A DNA stretch of 64,000 nt, from NCBI GenBank assembly GCA_964016885.1, contig OZ024749.1, forward strand, positions 124,001-188,000, given 5' to 3'. Source of the DNA: Eledone cirrhosa. Taxonomy: Eukaryota. Positions 34,557 through 49,326 of this stretch are shown one piece after another (the stretch's first letter is position 1; each line of letters begins with the position of its first letter). The translations under genes and the position numbers were made by a program. The notes below the pieces were generated by a model. It worked only from the letters and a program-made list of their open reading frames with translations, made no database searches and was not told the origin of the DNA.

Positions 34557-37466
34557 ATGTATACAAAACAACTAAATCTCTTAAATAACTTCACTTATAT
34601 CCAAAACATGATTTGTATATACATCAACAGTGACTCATTATTATACGCCAGTCACGACCCCACTGCAAAAACGATATCTATATAACAACCCCACCGTAAA
34701 ACTACTCTTCCCCACTTTACAAACACTTTATATTATTTGTCATTAAGGTTTCTTAAAATAAATATATATACGTATGTGTAGTAATTAGTACGGAGACTGA
34801 GAGAGAAGGGGCGAGTGTGTCTTCATGGAGGGCACATGGGACCAGCAAAGTCCTAAAAGTAGAGACCAGTAAATGAGATAAGGTCCTAGCTATGTTAAGA
34901 ATATAAATAAGAAACATGTTCTATACATTTAAGAAGACAAGAGAAACATGTTCTAAACATTTAAGAAATAATTATTTACCTCTTTCATGTCGGTAATATA
35001 GCGGTGTTATAAAACTAATTATAACGACCGGTGTTAAAATAGAGAGAGATAGACAGATAAATGTGTGTCACACTCTCACCCTCTCTTTAAATCTTTTACA
35101 CTATCTAACTCGTACTTCTCACACTCTCTTTAAATCTTTTACTCTATCTACCTCTCATTTCTATCTGTGTATGTATGTATGTATCTGTCTATGTGTAACT
35201 CGGTGTACTGGAGCAATATGAAGTGAAGTGTCTTGCTCAAGAAGACATTTTGTGGAGTTATATCATCGTTTCTTGTTATAAAGCTACTTATACTACCGGC
35301 GTAACAGTGGCTATAGGTGATAGATGTAGAAATAAAAGGCTGTAACAGCGATATAAATATAGATGAAATAGTTTACCACGAGACTAAGAATGAATGTTTA
35401 ATGGAATTAAGTGTAATCTAATAGGAAATAAGAGGCTAGAGCAGCGAAATGTTTACGTAAAATAAAAGAACAACAAACAAGAGTGCAACATTGAAATTTT
35501 TTTTTTTTTTGTCGATATAAGCGTTATTTTATGCGCGATTTGCCTTGCTGCCGGCGCTGCTCAGTCAGTAGCAGCCCCGCTTACGAAGTTCAGGAGCCAA
35601 CGACTTTACATGGTTCGAATCTCACCCTCTCCGCTCTTGTCGAGTTATCTCCTACTCTTTTTACTTAGTTCCAGGTCATTAAAATAGAGCAAAGAGGGCG
35701 CGGCGATCGGCATATGCACTGGCTACAATGTTGAACTTTGGTACTGACTGCGTAGTTGAACGTTCCACATACCAACCGCCCAACTGGCCAGTCAACCGCA
35801 TATGCGGCTGGCTGGCCGGTCGGGTAGTTGGCATATGTACTGGCTACCATGCTGAACATTGTACTGACTGTCAAGTTGAACGTTCTAACCCTCTCTTTAC
35901 ATCTATTACTCTATCTACCGCTTATTTCTCCCCCTCTCTTTACTTCTATAACTCTATCTCCCACTCTCTTTACATCTATTACAGTGTCTCCCTGTATATA
36001 TACACGTATATATGCACTAGATTTTATAAGAAATCTACGTAATAATATAATTAACAATAGTTGATGAATTAGACCAGAGTTAATTAAACAATAAATATGA
36101 ATGAAATAGCAGTAGATGGCGAAACTTGAGTGTTGTGTGTGCATACATATATATGAGGTAAACTGGTTCAAATACTGTCAGGATTATATTGGATCAAAGA
36201 CTGTATTAAATAGAAAGTAAAAAATGAAGTGAAAATATAAAAACAAACTGAAAATTTCCACATCCCTAGAAAAATTCATATCTTGGTATATATAGATAAT
36301 TGGCGCTTTAAATTGAATAAATATTCATTTATATATATATATATATGTATATATATATGTACACTGATATATATGTGTGTATATATATATGTGTATATAT
36401 ATACTAATATATATATATATATATATATCAACTTCATCATACGTCCGCTTTTCCATGCTTGCAAGGGTGGGGTGGGAGCTGATTCTGGATTGGTTTCTAC
36501 AGCTGGGTGCCCTTCCTGACGCCAACCCCGTTTGCAGTGAGTGCTGGGTGCTTTTTTTTTTCCGTGGCACCTCCACGTCAGCTTTACAGTGTGGGCTGGG
36601 TGCTTTTTGGCCGCGGCCCCTCCACGACCACTTTGCGGTGGGGCGGTGGGGTGGTATGTGTATACCCAGCCCATTGTCATTTGCCACACAGAAAAGCGTA
36701 TAGCATCGTTCTTTACCCACGATGAATCTAGCAGACCCACCCCTCCACCTGGTATCTTGAATACAACAAACATCGACCTCCTTACGTTCAAGCATTTCTA
36801 CAACCTCGTTAGAGCCACCCTATAAGGTGCCTACATTAATGGTACCAACTCTGAAGTTTTGGATTGCGTTTGGAGGTTGGGAGCAGTGGGGAGCTGGGAT
36901 GGGGTTAGGGTTAGCCATCCGCGGCCGAAACAAAGAGGAGGAGCCCTTGCATTCTCGTCCATGAGGTGGATTTGTCTTTATGTATGTATATGTATATATG
37001 TATGTATGTGTGTGTATGTATGTATATGTATATATGAGTGTATATGTGTATATGTATGTATATGTATGTGTATGTATGTGTATATATGTGTATATGTATG
37101 TGTTTGTATATATGTGTGTGTATGTATATATGTGTGTGTATGTATATATATATATGTATGTATGTGTATATGTATGTATATGTATGTATGTGTATATGTA
37201 TATATGTATGTATATGTGTGTATGTATGTATATATGTATGTATGTGTATATATGTATGTATGTATATGTATATATACGTGTGTATATGTATATATACTTA
37301 TGTGTATATGCTTATGTATGTGTATGTGTGTATATTTATATTATGTATATATATATATCTATGTATGTGTATGTATGTATATATATGTATGTATATGTGT
37401 ATGTATGTGTATGTATGTATGTGTATATATGTATGTATGTATGTATATATATATGTATGTATATGT

Positions 37467-40138
37467 ATCATCATCATCATCATCACCGTTTTACGTCCGT
37501 TCTTCCACGCTAGCATGGGTTAGACGGGTTGTCCTGTTGTGGGCAGTGTCTGGTCGGCTGACCATGCCTTGCTCATACAGGAACTGATCTGGCTTGATTT
37601 CTACAGCTGGATGCCCTTCCTAACACCAACCTCATTTACAGTGAGTGCTGGGTGCTTTTTCGTGGCGCCTACACGTCCACTTTACAGTGTGGGCTGGGTG
37701 CTTTTTTGCCGTGGCACCTCCACGACCACCTTGCGGTGGGGGGGGGGGGGGGGGGGCATATTGTTTATATGCTTCAGCATGTACCCATGGGAGGTCGGGT
37801 ACCCTGTATTACTGCGTGACGCCAGAAGTCACGGTCGTGTGTCATTGACTTTGAGAGGTGTAGTTGGGTAAGGTCGGCTTTTATCACCTCATCCCAAGTC
37901 ATCTTGGGTCTCCCCACTCCGCGGTATCCATCAACTTCTAGTGCTCTGCACCTTTTTATGCAGCTGTCATCCTTCATACGCATCACATGTCCATACCAGC
38001 GTAACCGCCTCTCCTGCACGCAGCATTTGATTCCTCTTATGCTCAGTCTCTCTCTCAATTCATTTATGCTTTGTCGTTCACGTATATTACTGTTACACAT
38101 CCATCGGAGCATGCAGGCTTCGTTTCTCTCTAATCTACGTAAGTCTTCCACCTTCAGCGCCCAGGTCTCACTACCATGCAACATCGCTGTTCGGATACAC
38201 GCATCATACAGTCTGCCTTTCATTCTGAGGGAGAAGCCTTTTGCAGCTAGCAGTGGTAGTAGTTCCCTAAACTTCTTCCATCCCGTTCTTACCCTAGTTA
38301 TTGTACTTTCTGAGCACCCACCTCCGTTGCTAATTCGGTCACCTAGGTAGCAGAAGCTGTCTACTGTTTCTACAGGGCCCTCCCAGAGATTGGTGGTACT
38401 TGTTTCCTGTGGCTGTTTGCTTGCTGTTTCAGCACAGCTGCTGCATGTGAATCCTACATTCTTAATTAAGCTTCCTGAGATCCCGCTACATCTCTTGTGT
38501 ACCCATTGTTTGCATTTGGGGCAAAGAATGGAGTTCCTACCTACACCTTTCCTACATACTGAGCAAGGCCATTTCCCTGAGGGGATCTGGGTTCTGTTTT
38601 CTCGTCTACTTATAAGGACCTTAGTCTTTGTCATGTTGACTTTGAGGCCCTTTCTCTCTAGTCCCTGCTTCCAGGTTTGGAATTTATTCTCTAGTTCTAC
38701 CATAGATTCAGCTATGAGTGCGAGGTCATCAGCATACAGGAGTTCCCATGGGCATCCGGTCTTAAACTCCTCCGTTATTGCCTGCAGGACTATGATGAAC
38801 AGGAGAGGGCTAAGAACAGAGCCCTGGTGGACCCCAACCTGTACGCTAAATTCCTCGCTATACTCATTGCCAATCCTAACTTTGCTGACTGCTCCCCTAT
38901 ACATGGCTTGTACCGCTTTCACAAGCCATTCATCTACTCCTAGTTTTCTAAGAGCCCACCAGATTACTGCACGTGGAACTCTGTCAAAGGCTTTCTCAAG
39001 GTCGACAAATGCCAAGTAGAGTGGCTTACTTTTAGCTAGGTACTTTTCCTGTAATTGCCTCACAAGGAAGAGCGCATCAGTGGTGCCTTTCCCTGGAACA
39101 AACCCAAATTGCATCTCGTCTATATTCACCCGGTCCCTAATCAGCTGTGCTATAACTCTTTCTGTTACTTTCATGACCTGGTCCATCAACTTTATACCTC
39201 TATAGTTTCCTCTATCTAGTGCATCGCCTTTACCTTTGTAGCAGTTGACAATGATGCTACTGCACCAATCTTTTGGTATGGCCCCCTCTAGTATTACCTG
39301 GTTAACGATACGTGTGGTTATAGTGTGACCTACAGACCCAGATGCCTTCAGCATCTCGGCAGCTATACCCGATGGACCGGTTGCCTTCCCTATCTTCATA
39401 TCTCTGATTGCCTTACTTACTACGCTGCCGCTGACTTGTACTGCTGGTCCCTCTATAGGGTCTACGTGGGGTAGGGTCTCTTCTTCCCATGCATTCTCCT
39501 CATTTAGTAATCTATCATAATGACTCTTCCATGCATCTTTCTTCTCAGCACTTGTGAGGGCAAGCTCACCTTTATCATTCCGGATACACTTCTCTCCAAT
39601 GACATCACAACTATCTCTGACACACTGCCTCGCAATCTTGAATACCTCCTGTTTCTGGTCCTCACGTTGTAAAACATGCTTGAATTTTCTATCCTCTGCT
39701 TCCCTCCTAGCTAAGTATACTTGTCGCCTAGCTTCCCTCTTGGTCTCTATGTAATGTACCCTGCTCCCCCCGTTCTTCCATTCTTTCCATGCCTGTCTCT
39801 TGGCCTTGACTGCTTCATCTACCTTATTGTTCCACCACCAAGTCACTCTCCTCCTGCTTGAGGTCTTACTCCAGCCACAAACCTCATCCGTCGCCTCTAG
39901 TAAGTTATTTTTTAGGAACTCCCAGTTCTCTTCTACGTTAAATGTCTCTATCTGTTCTTCTTTACTGTCGTAGGCGTTGAGTAAAATATCTTTAAATCTG
40001 TTACTGGTTGAGGGGACTTTCAGCTTCCAGATCTTTCTTCTCCAGGTTGGCCTCTGTTTCAGGGCTCGTCTAGTTCTGACCGTGAGGTCGCTGACAACTA
40101 AGCTATGTTGGGATGTACATTCCTCACTAGGGAAGGCT
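37467..40138 (-). mobile_element. Young 5'-truncated RTE insertion (same subfamily as the full-length copies)
   Basis: ORF 37774-40176 matches the 1041-aa protein from AFPSEEC to the stop with one K>R change. (GAT)n tail at 37467. Absent from other units. Confidence 0.96.
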
Positions 40139-40166
40139 GTATGTGTATGTATATGTATATGTATAT

Positions 40167-40520
40167 GGAGGCACATGGCTTAGTGGTTCGAGCATTGGCC
40201 TGGCAATCGAAAGGTTGTGAGTTCAATTCTCAGACCGGGTGATGTGTTGTTTCCTTGAGCAAGACACTTTATTTCACATTGCTCCAGTTTACTCAGCTGT
40301 AGAAATGAGATGATAGGGACTGGGGTCCATATCATTCCACTGCAAAGTGGTCGTGGAGGTGCCACGGCAAAAAAGCACTCAGCACTCACTGTAAATGAGG
40401 TTGGTGTTAGGAAGGGCATCCAGCTGTAGAAATCAAGCCAGAATCAGTTCCCGTCCCACCCTTGCAAGCAGGGAAAAAGCGGACTTAAAACGAAATGATG
40501 ATGATGATGATGATGATGAT
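40167..40520 (+). mobile_element. tRNA/CORE-like SINE with RTE tail (unit copy)
   Basis: Near-identical to 19792-20144. Confidence 0.9.
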
Positions 40521-41160
40521 GTATGTATGTATGTGTATATGTATGTATGTATGTATATGTATGTATGTGTATGAGATGCAGTTTGGTTTTGTGCCGCTGA
40601 AAAGTGCAACAGATGCCCTCTTCTTAGTGAGACAACTACAAAAGAGGTTCTTAGAGAAAAATAAGCCACTATACTTAGCTTTGGACATAGAGAAGGCTTT
40701 TGATAGAGAACTCTTATAAATGACAACATATATATATGTGTGTGTATATATATGTTTTTTTTAAAACTATATATTTATTACTCCCTTAAGCAGAAGAAAT
40801 ATATTCCCAGATATCGAAGATTACCACAATAATTAGGGAGCGGAAATCAATAGATGCTGGACATTGCTGCTGAGGGTAGGATGACCTGATGAGCTGGCTC
40901 CTGTGGTGGATACCTAAACATAGTAAGACCCTAGTGGGATGACTGAGGTTCACCTACATACATCAGATGTCTCTGGATCTCCAGCTGGAGATTAATGATC
41001 TCAGGAATGCCATGAAAAATCGTGACATCTAAAAAAGAAGAGTAGAATTGTTCTGGCCAATCCACCTGACCTAATAAACAATAATAATATTAATATATAT
41101 TGATGAAAATTAATTATGGTGAAATATCTTAGAAATCATTCTCAGAGGTTTTGTATTGTA

Positions 41161-43164
41161 ATCCACACTTGCTCGTTGTGGCTTCTGATGCAGACATCAT
41201 GTCCGCCATCAGGTCCTTCCCAGCTAGCAGCTGCGGTGATGTTGATGGTCTCTGACCAGGCCTCCTCAAGGAGTTGACATCTCCCCTCTCCGCTGAGGCC
41301 GGGCGCCGCCTTCTGAGTGCAATTGTGGCGCTCACCAATAGGCTCATCCATGGCGCCCTGGACTCTTATGCTCGAGGCCTCTTTTTTTCGGCCAGCTTCA
41401 CCGCTCTCAGGAAGAAAGAGGGTGGCATACGCCCCATTGCTGTGGGCAATGTCTTCCGGAGGCTGGCTGCCAAGGTAACCTGCAAGTCCGTAACACTCGG
41501 AACCGGCATCCAGGGACTCCAGCCACCTCATTGTCAAGTTTGACATGAGGAATGCCTTCAACTCTTTACGCTGGGATCATCTGCTCGAGGCCTGCCTCAG
41601 CCGAGCCCCCTCTGCCTAGCTGTCATATGGAGCCCCGAGCATGCGACATGCTGCTGATACGGTCATACCCTTGGCTACTGGGATCCAACAGGGCAACCCT
41701 TTGGGACCCCTCCTGTTCACCCTTGGTATTGACCACATCGCCCGGAGTATAACGGCCCCTCTCAACGTTTGGTATCTGGATGATGCTACTTTGGGTGGGC
41801 CCGTACAGGCGGTCTGCCATGACCTTCAATCGGTGGTTCCTGCCCTGGCGGGAATCGACCTCCAGGTCAACTCAGCCAAGTCGGAGGTGGTGAATGTCAG
41901 CCTCGATGCTGCAAGCTTTGCAGTCTCCGTCTTGGACGTGCGGTCCATTCTTGGCCAGGTTCAGGTGACCCCCAAAGAGGATGCCCTCACCGATCCACCC
42001 GCCGGCCATCCGCTCCACCATCAAGTTCAGACTCTCACGAGCCGACTGGGCTTGATTGATGGCCACCCAGTTCTCTTTCTGCTGAGAAACTGCTACGCCA
42101 TGCCGAAGCTCCTCTATACACTCTGTGCTACACCCAGACTTGTATCCGAGCAGCAGCCGATGAGATATGCAACTTTACCTATCAGGTATGGCGACCTTCG
42201 CCTCCAGTCCCCGATCTCACTAGCTTTGCCGGCGTATCTTTCGTCGGTAACCTCGTACCACGTCCATCTCAGCAGGGTTCTTCAAAACACAACAGAACCC
42301 TCTGTGTTCAGAGAACGCGTGGCCGCCTGTGAGACGTGGCACCGGCTGGGACTTAGCCCAGTAGACGTTCCTCCTCCTTCTCCCCCTGTTGACGTCAAGT
42401 CCCCCCAACACACTTGGGATGCCATCCAGTGCAGCCTGGCCTCAGACAGGCTCACGTGCCAGCTCGACCAGCACCGCCTTGTTTGTTTTCGTGCGGCCTC
42501 CAAACCCCACAGTGGGGCCTGGCTCCATGCCCTGCCCTCCTTCTCCACTCGCACGCAGCTAGACAACCATAGCTTGCGCATCGGCGTTTCCCTGAGGCTC
42601 GGCCTCACACCAATGTCGCTGCCGTTCCACCATGGACTCTTTCGGCCTCCACCCGCTTTCCTGTCGCCACAGTGCCAGCCGCAATCCACGCCATGCTGCC
42701 CTCAACGAAATCATTAAGCATGGCTTGGACGCTGCAGGCTTCCCTTCCCAGCTCCAGGGGACGGCAAAAGGCCAGATGGCATGACCATCTTCCCGTTCCG
42801 CGGTGGCAAACCCCTCGTCTGGGATGCCACTTGCACCGACACTTTCTGCAGCCGCAACCTGGTGCAGTCTGCGACTGGCCCAGGTTCTGCTGCACGTCAG
42901 GCTGAGAGGGCCAAACTCCTCACATATCGTTCACTCTCCGACAGGTTTGCGGTCGTACCCCTGGAAGTGGAGACTTCTGGTGTCCTCGACCCCAGGGCTA
43001 CCTCCTTACTCACCCCCATAGGCGCTGAGCTGGCCAGTCGCAGGTGTGAGCCCCGCGAGTTGGAGTGGCTTTTCCAGCGCGTCTCCCTTGCCGTGCTCCG
43101 GGGAAACGCCTTCTCCATTCTGTCCGCCGGGGCTGTGGGTGGGCCCCATCGCGTACCGTTATAG
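41161..43164 (+). mobile_element. Decayed CRE-like element, divergent copy
   Basis: The 358-aa ORF 41641-42717 joins fragments that are frameshifted in other units; retains KRPDG. Confidence 0.88.
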
Positions 43165-44937
43165 TTGTTGAAGAAGAAACAGGGAGACAACAACTGGAAT
43201 GTATACAAAACAACTAAATCTCTTAAATAACTTCACTTATATCCAAAATATGATTTGTATATACATCAACAGTTACTCATTATTATACGCCAGTCACGAC
43301 CCCACTGCAAAAACGATATCTATATAACAACCCCACCGTAAAACTACTCTTCCCCACTTTACAAACACTTTATATTATTTGTCATTAAGGTTTCTTAAAA
43401 TAAATATATATACGTATGTGTAGTAATTAGTACGGAGACTGAGAGAGAAGGGGCGAGTGTGTCTTCATGGAGGGCACATGGGACCAGCAAAGCCCTAAAA
43501 GTAGAGACCAGTAAATGAGATAAGGTCCTAGCTATGTTAAGAATATAAATAAGAAACATGTTCTATACATTTAAGAAGACAAGAGAAACATGTTCTAAAC
43601 ATTTAAGAAATAATTATTTACCTCTTTCATGTCGGTAATATAGCGGTGTTATAAAACTAATTATAACGACCGGTGTTAAAATAGAGAGAGATAGACAGAT
43701 AAATGTGTGTCACACTCTCACCCTCTCTTTAAATCTTTTACACTATCTTTACATCTTTTACTCTATCTCCCTCTTATTTCTATCTGTGTACATATATATG
43801 TGTATGTATGTATCTGTCTATGTGTAACTCGGTGTACTGGAGCAATATGAGGTGAAGTGTCTTGCTCAAGAAGACATTTTGTGGAGTTATATCATCGTTT
43901 CTTGTTATAAAGCTACTTATACTACCGGCGTAACAGTGGCTATAGGTGATAGATGTAGAAATAAAAGGCTGTAACAGCGATATAAATATAGATGAAATAG
44001 TTTACCACGAGACTAAGAATGAATGTTTAATGGAATTAAGTGTAATCTAATAGGAAATATGAGGCTAGAGCAGCGAAATGTTTACGTAAAATAAAAGAAC
44101 AACAAACAAGAGTGCAACATTGAAATTTTTGTTTTATTTTCTCGATATAAGCGTTATTTTATGCGCGATTTGCCTTGCTGCCGGCGTTGCTCAGTCAGTA
44201 GCAGCTCCGCTTACGAAGTTCAGGAGCCAACGACTTTACATGGTTCGAATCTCACCCTCTCCGCTCTTGTCGAGTTATCTCCTACTCTTTTTACTTAGTT
44301 CCAGGTCATTTAAATAGAGCAAAGAGGTCGCGGCGATCGGCATATGCACTGGCTACAATGTTGAACTTTGGTACTGACTGCATAGTTGAACGTTCTACAT
44401 ACCAACCGCCCAACTGGCCAGTCAACCGCAAATACGGCTGGCTGGCCGGTTGGGTAGTTGGCATATGTACTGACTGTCAAGTTGAACGTTCTAACCCTCT
44501 CTTTACATCTATTGCTCTATCTACCGCTTATTTCTCTCCCTCTCTTTACTTCTATAACTCTATCTCCCACTCTCTTTACATCTATTACACAGTGTCTCCC
44601 TGTATATATACACGTATATATGCACTAGATTTTATAAGAAATCTACGTAATAATATAATTAACAATAGTTGATGAATTAGACCAGAGTTAATTAAACAAT
44701 AAATATGAATGAAATAGCAGTAGATGGCGAAACTTGAGTGTTGTGTGTGCATACATATATATGAGGTAAACTGGTTCAAATACTGTCAGGATTATATTGG
44801 ATCAAAGACTGTATTAAATAGAAAGTAAAAAATGAAGTGAAAATATAAAAACAAACTGAAAATTTCCCCATCCCTAGAAAAATTCATATCTTGTTATATA
44901 TAGATAATTGGCGCTTTAAATTGAATAAATATTCATT

Positions 44938-44972
<35 letters not shown>

Positions 44973-45413
44973 GTACACTGATATATATGTGTGTGTATAT
45001 ATATATATATATGTATGTGTATATGTGTACATATGTATGTGTATATATATACTAATATATATATATATATATCAACTTCATCATACGTCCGCTTTTCCAT
45101 GCTTGCAAGGGTGGGGTGGGAGCTGATTCTGGATTGGTTTCTACAGCTGGGTGCCCTTCCTGACGCCAACCCAGTTTGCAGTGAGTGCTGGGTGCTTTTT
45201 TTTTTTCCGTCGCACCTCCACGTCAGCTTTACAGAGCGGGCTGGGTGCTTTTTTGCCGTGGCGCCTCCACGACCACTTTACGGTGGGGTGGTGGGGTGGT
45301 ATGTGTATACCCAGCCCATTGTCATTTCCCACCCAGAAAAGTTCATAGCACCGTTCTTTACCCACGATGAATCTAGCAGACCCACCCCTCCACCTGGTCT
45401 CTTGAATACAACA

Positions 45414-46535
45414 GTGGTTTCACTAAAATAAAAATTAAATTAAATTAAATTAAATTAATTATATTAGATAAATAGACATTGGGGTTCTCACCAAAGATTT
45501 TCAGTTATTTCTAAGAGATGTAAAAGGAAAATTAAAAAAAGATTAATAGGACACATTAGACATGTCTCCAAGCAAGAATTGAACTTACAGACAAGGATCT
45601 CACCATCTCTGGTACTTCCCACTAAGCCACCAAGACTGCTACAAAGGTCTATTGAAAATTAATATTTATAAACCTACTTTCAAAATATAACTAATTTAAT
45701 TAAAAATAAAATAAAATAAATAGACATTGGCGTTCTCACAAAACTTTTTCAGTTCTTTTTTCTAAGAAATGTCAAAGGAATATATATATATATATATTTT
45801 ATTTTTAATTTTATTTTGAAAGTAGGTTTATAAATATTAAATTTCAGTACATCTTTGTATCAGTCTCGGTAGCTTAGTGGGAAGTACCAGAGATGGTGAG
45901 ATCCTGTTCTGGGTGTTCAATCCTGGTCTGAGGGTTGAATTGGGGACTCAGGTTCAATCCTGGTCCATGAGATACATGTAAGGTGTCATGTTAATCTTTT
46001 ATAATTTTCTTTCTATATCTCTTTGAAAAAGAGAACCCCTATTTATTTAATTATATTGAATTTAATTTTTTATTTTAGTTAAATTGTCGAAAACACTGAA
46101 GATCTAAAGGTTGAGGAGACAATATGTCTATTTTATCTGTCTCCTCTAACTTTAGATCACCAGTGGTTTTGACAATTTAACTAAAGTAAAATAAAATAAA
46201 ATAAATTAAATTATATTAGATAAATAGACATTGGGGTTCTCACCAAAGATTTTCAGTTTTTTCTGAGGAAAATTTAAAAAAAGATTAACAGGACACATTA
46301 CAGCAATGATTGAACTCCCAGACCAGGATTGAACCTACAGACAAGGACCTCACCATCTCTGGTACTTCCCACTAAGCCGCCAAGACTGCTACAACGGTCT
46401 GCTGATAATTAATATTTATAAACCTAATTTCAAAATAAAATTAATGTTATTAATTTTATTTAAAAATAAAATAAAATAAATAAACATTGGGGTTCTCACA
46501 AAACTTTTTCATTTTTTTTCTAAGAAATGTCAAAG
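45414..46535. repeat. AT-rich foldback-like element: three ~300-370-bp modules in +/-/+ orientation, each with a tRNA-like segment
   Basis: CTCACCATCTCTGGTACTTCCCACTAAGC at ~45599 and ~46349, and its reverse complement at ~45871-45900. Hairpin AAATTGTC..GAGGAGACA / TGTCTCCTC..GACAATTT at 46081-46178. Confidence 0.8.
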
Positions 46536-46579
<44 letters not shown>

Positions 46580-46583
<4 letters not shown>

Positions 46584-48503
46584 TCATCATCATCATCATC
46601 GTTTAACGTCCATATTCCACGCTTGCATGGGTTTGGACGGGAATTTTCCCACTTGAGGCAAGAGTGGTTGTCTTGCTCGCATAGGACTGTCTGGCGGGTT
46701 TTCTACAGCTGGATGCCCTTCCTAACACCAACCGCATTTACAGTGTGGGACTGGGAGGTTTTTACCGTGTTACCTACACGGCCACATTACTGCGTGGACT
46801 GTGTTTTTTTTTTTGTCGTGACACCTACACGACCTCATTTGTTTCGGCCTGGATGTTGTGGCACCAACATAACTTTACATTGAAAGGGGCGGTGTGGATG
46901 GGGTGGGGGTGTATTTTGTTAGAGGTGCCTACTGACTGTAGTAGGTTTTACTTTGTATCTAGGTAAGGCGGGTCTTCTCTATTACTGAGTACCGCCAAAG
47001 ATCTCGGTCCAGTGACATTGTCTTGGAGAGGTGTAAGTGTGTGAGGTCGGAATTTATCAAGTCGTCCCAGGTTTTTCTGGGTCTGCCTACTCCGTGGCTA
47101 CCGTCTATCTTTATTGCCCTGCATTTTTTTTATACAGCTGTCGTCTTTCATCCGCATCACGTGGACCATACCAACGTAGTCTTCTCTCGAGTACACAACA
47201 TCTGATCCCTCTTATTTCTAATTTTTCCCTTAGTTCGTTTATGCTTTGCCGTTCACATATATTACTATTACACATCCAGCGAAGCATGCAAGCTTCGTTC
47301 CTCTCTAGTCTGCGTATATCCTCTGCACACAATGCCCAGGTCTCACTGCCATGCAACATTGCTGTTCATATGCAGGCATCATACAACCTGCCTTTCATTT
47401 TTAGGGAGAACCCTTTAGCGGCTAATAGTGGTATAAGCTCTCTGAACTTTTTCCATCCAGTTCTGACTCTAGCTACTGTACTTTCAGAGCACCCTCCCCC
47501 ACTGCTGATTTTGTCACCCAGGTAACGGAAGCTGTCCACTATTTCTATAGAACCCTCTGCGCAATTGAAAGAGCTAGTATTTTGTGGGCACTTGCTGCTA
47601 CTTATTGCACCAGAGCACCGGCCACATGTAAAATCTATGTTCTTAGTTAGCTTACCTGTGATCCCACTACATCTTTTATGAACCCATACTTTGCATTTGG
47701 GACATAAAATGGAGTTTCTACCTACGCCTTTCCTACACACTGAGCATGGCCATTTCCCGGAAGGGACCGGCGCCTTATTTTCTTTCCTACAAACTAGAAC
47801 TTTAGTCTTAGCCAGGTTAATTTTAAGGCCTTCTGATTCTAGGCCTTGCTTCCATGTTTGGAATTTCTTCTCTAGCTCGGCCATTGATTCAGCTATGAGC
47901 GTTAGATCATCTGCGTATAGGAGTTCCCATGGGCAGCCGGTCTTGAACTCCACTGTTATAGCCTGAAGGGCAATAATAAATAGTAGGGGGCTAAGGACGG
48001 AGCCCTGATGAACACCAACTTTTACGCTAAACTCTTCACTATATTCGTTGTTAATTCTAACCTTGCTGACTGTTTCTTTATACATGGCTCGTATAGCTCT
48101 CACAAGCCATTCCTCAACACCTAGTTTTCTAAGAGCCCACCAGATAATGGAACGGGGGACTCTGTCGAAGGCTTTCTCCAAGTCAACAAAAGCTAAGTAT
48201 AGGGGTTTACTTTTAACTAGGTACTTCTCCTGTAGTTGTCGTACAATGAAAAGAGCGTCTGTGGTACTTTTACCTGACACAAACCCGAACTGCATTTCAT
48301 CTAGATCAATTCTCTCTCTGATTAGTTGCGCTATTACTTTTTCCGTGACCTTCATGACCTGGTCGATTAATTTAATGCCTCTATAGTTACTCCTATCTAG
48401 GGCATCTCCTTTACCCTTGTAACAGTTAATGATGATGCTGCTACGCCAGTCCTTCAGAACAACCCCATTCTGTATGACTTGGTTTACTATCCGGGTGACC
48501 ATT
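46580..48503 (-). mobile_element. 5'-truncated older RTE (third copy of 3976-5900)
   Basis: Same 418-aa and 82-aa ORFs; retains MLHGSET where the other two have MLHDSET. Confidence 0.93.
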
Positions 48504-49326
48504 ACGTGTATACATCTGAAAATGTATATATGTATGCAAAGATATAAGTAAACATACATGTATACATATAGATGGACAGTTATGCATATACAATAACTTA
48601 TTTCTATACATACATATACCACAAGTAAGGCATGGTGCTGCCAACTAACCAGACCTCCCTCATAATGGACCAGCTAGATCCCAAAATACAGGCCTGCTTG
48701 CCAACACACAGTCCCAATAAGTGTAAGTTACAGCGCAGCTATCTGGACAGACTTGTCTTAAGACTACACACTATCCCACTACATCTTTTGTATACTATAT
48801 ATATACTGTTTATATATATATATATACTATATATATATATACTGTTTATATATATATATACTATATATATATATACTGTTTATATATATATACACACATA
48901 TAATTGTGTATTCACACATTATCTTAGTAATGAAATAATTAATAATTTTAGTAAATTGTTCAAAATTCTTCATTAACCCTTTTGGTAGAAACCCAGCCAA
49001 AATTAGTTCTCGTACTATGGAAATGGTTCCTATCTAAATTAAAGTCTTCCAACAAAATTCTATATAACAACCATATGGTAAGTTACTATGTTAGTAATTA
49101 ACTAACAATTGTGATAAATAGCTCAAAATTATTCATAATTAATTGAATTATAAGGTTCATAATTATAATAAAATATTCAAATAGGCTACGAAACCGGTAA
49201 ACCTGAAAGGTACACAACACACACACATTGCTATAGCGTTTCACCAGCCCCTTCCTTCCTGAATTATTACAGAGATGTGTGTGTATGTAATAATTATTTG
49301 TATAATGTGTGTCTATTTATGAATAT

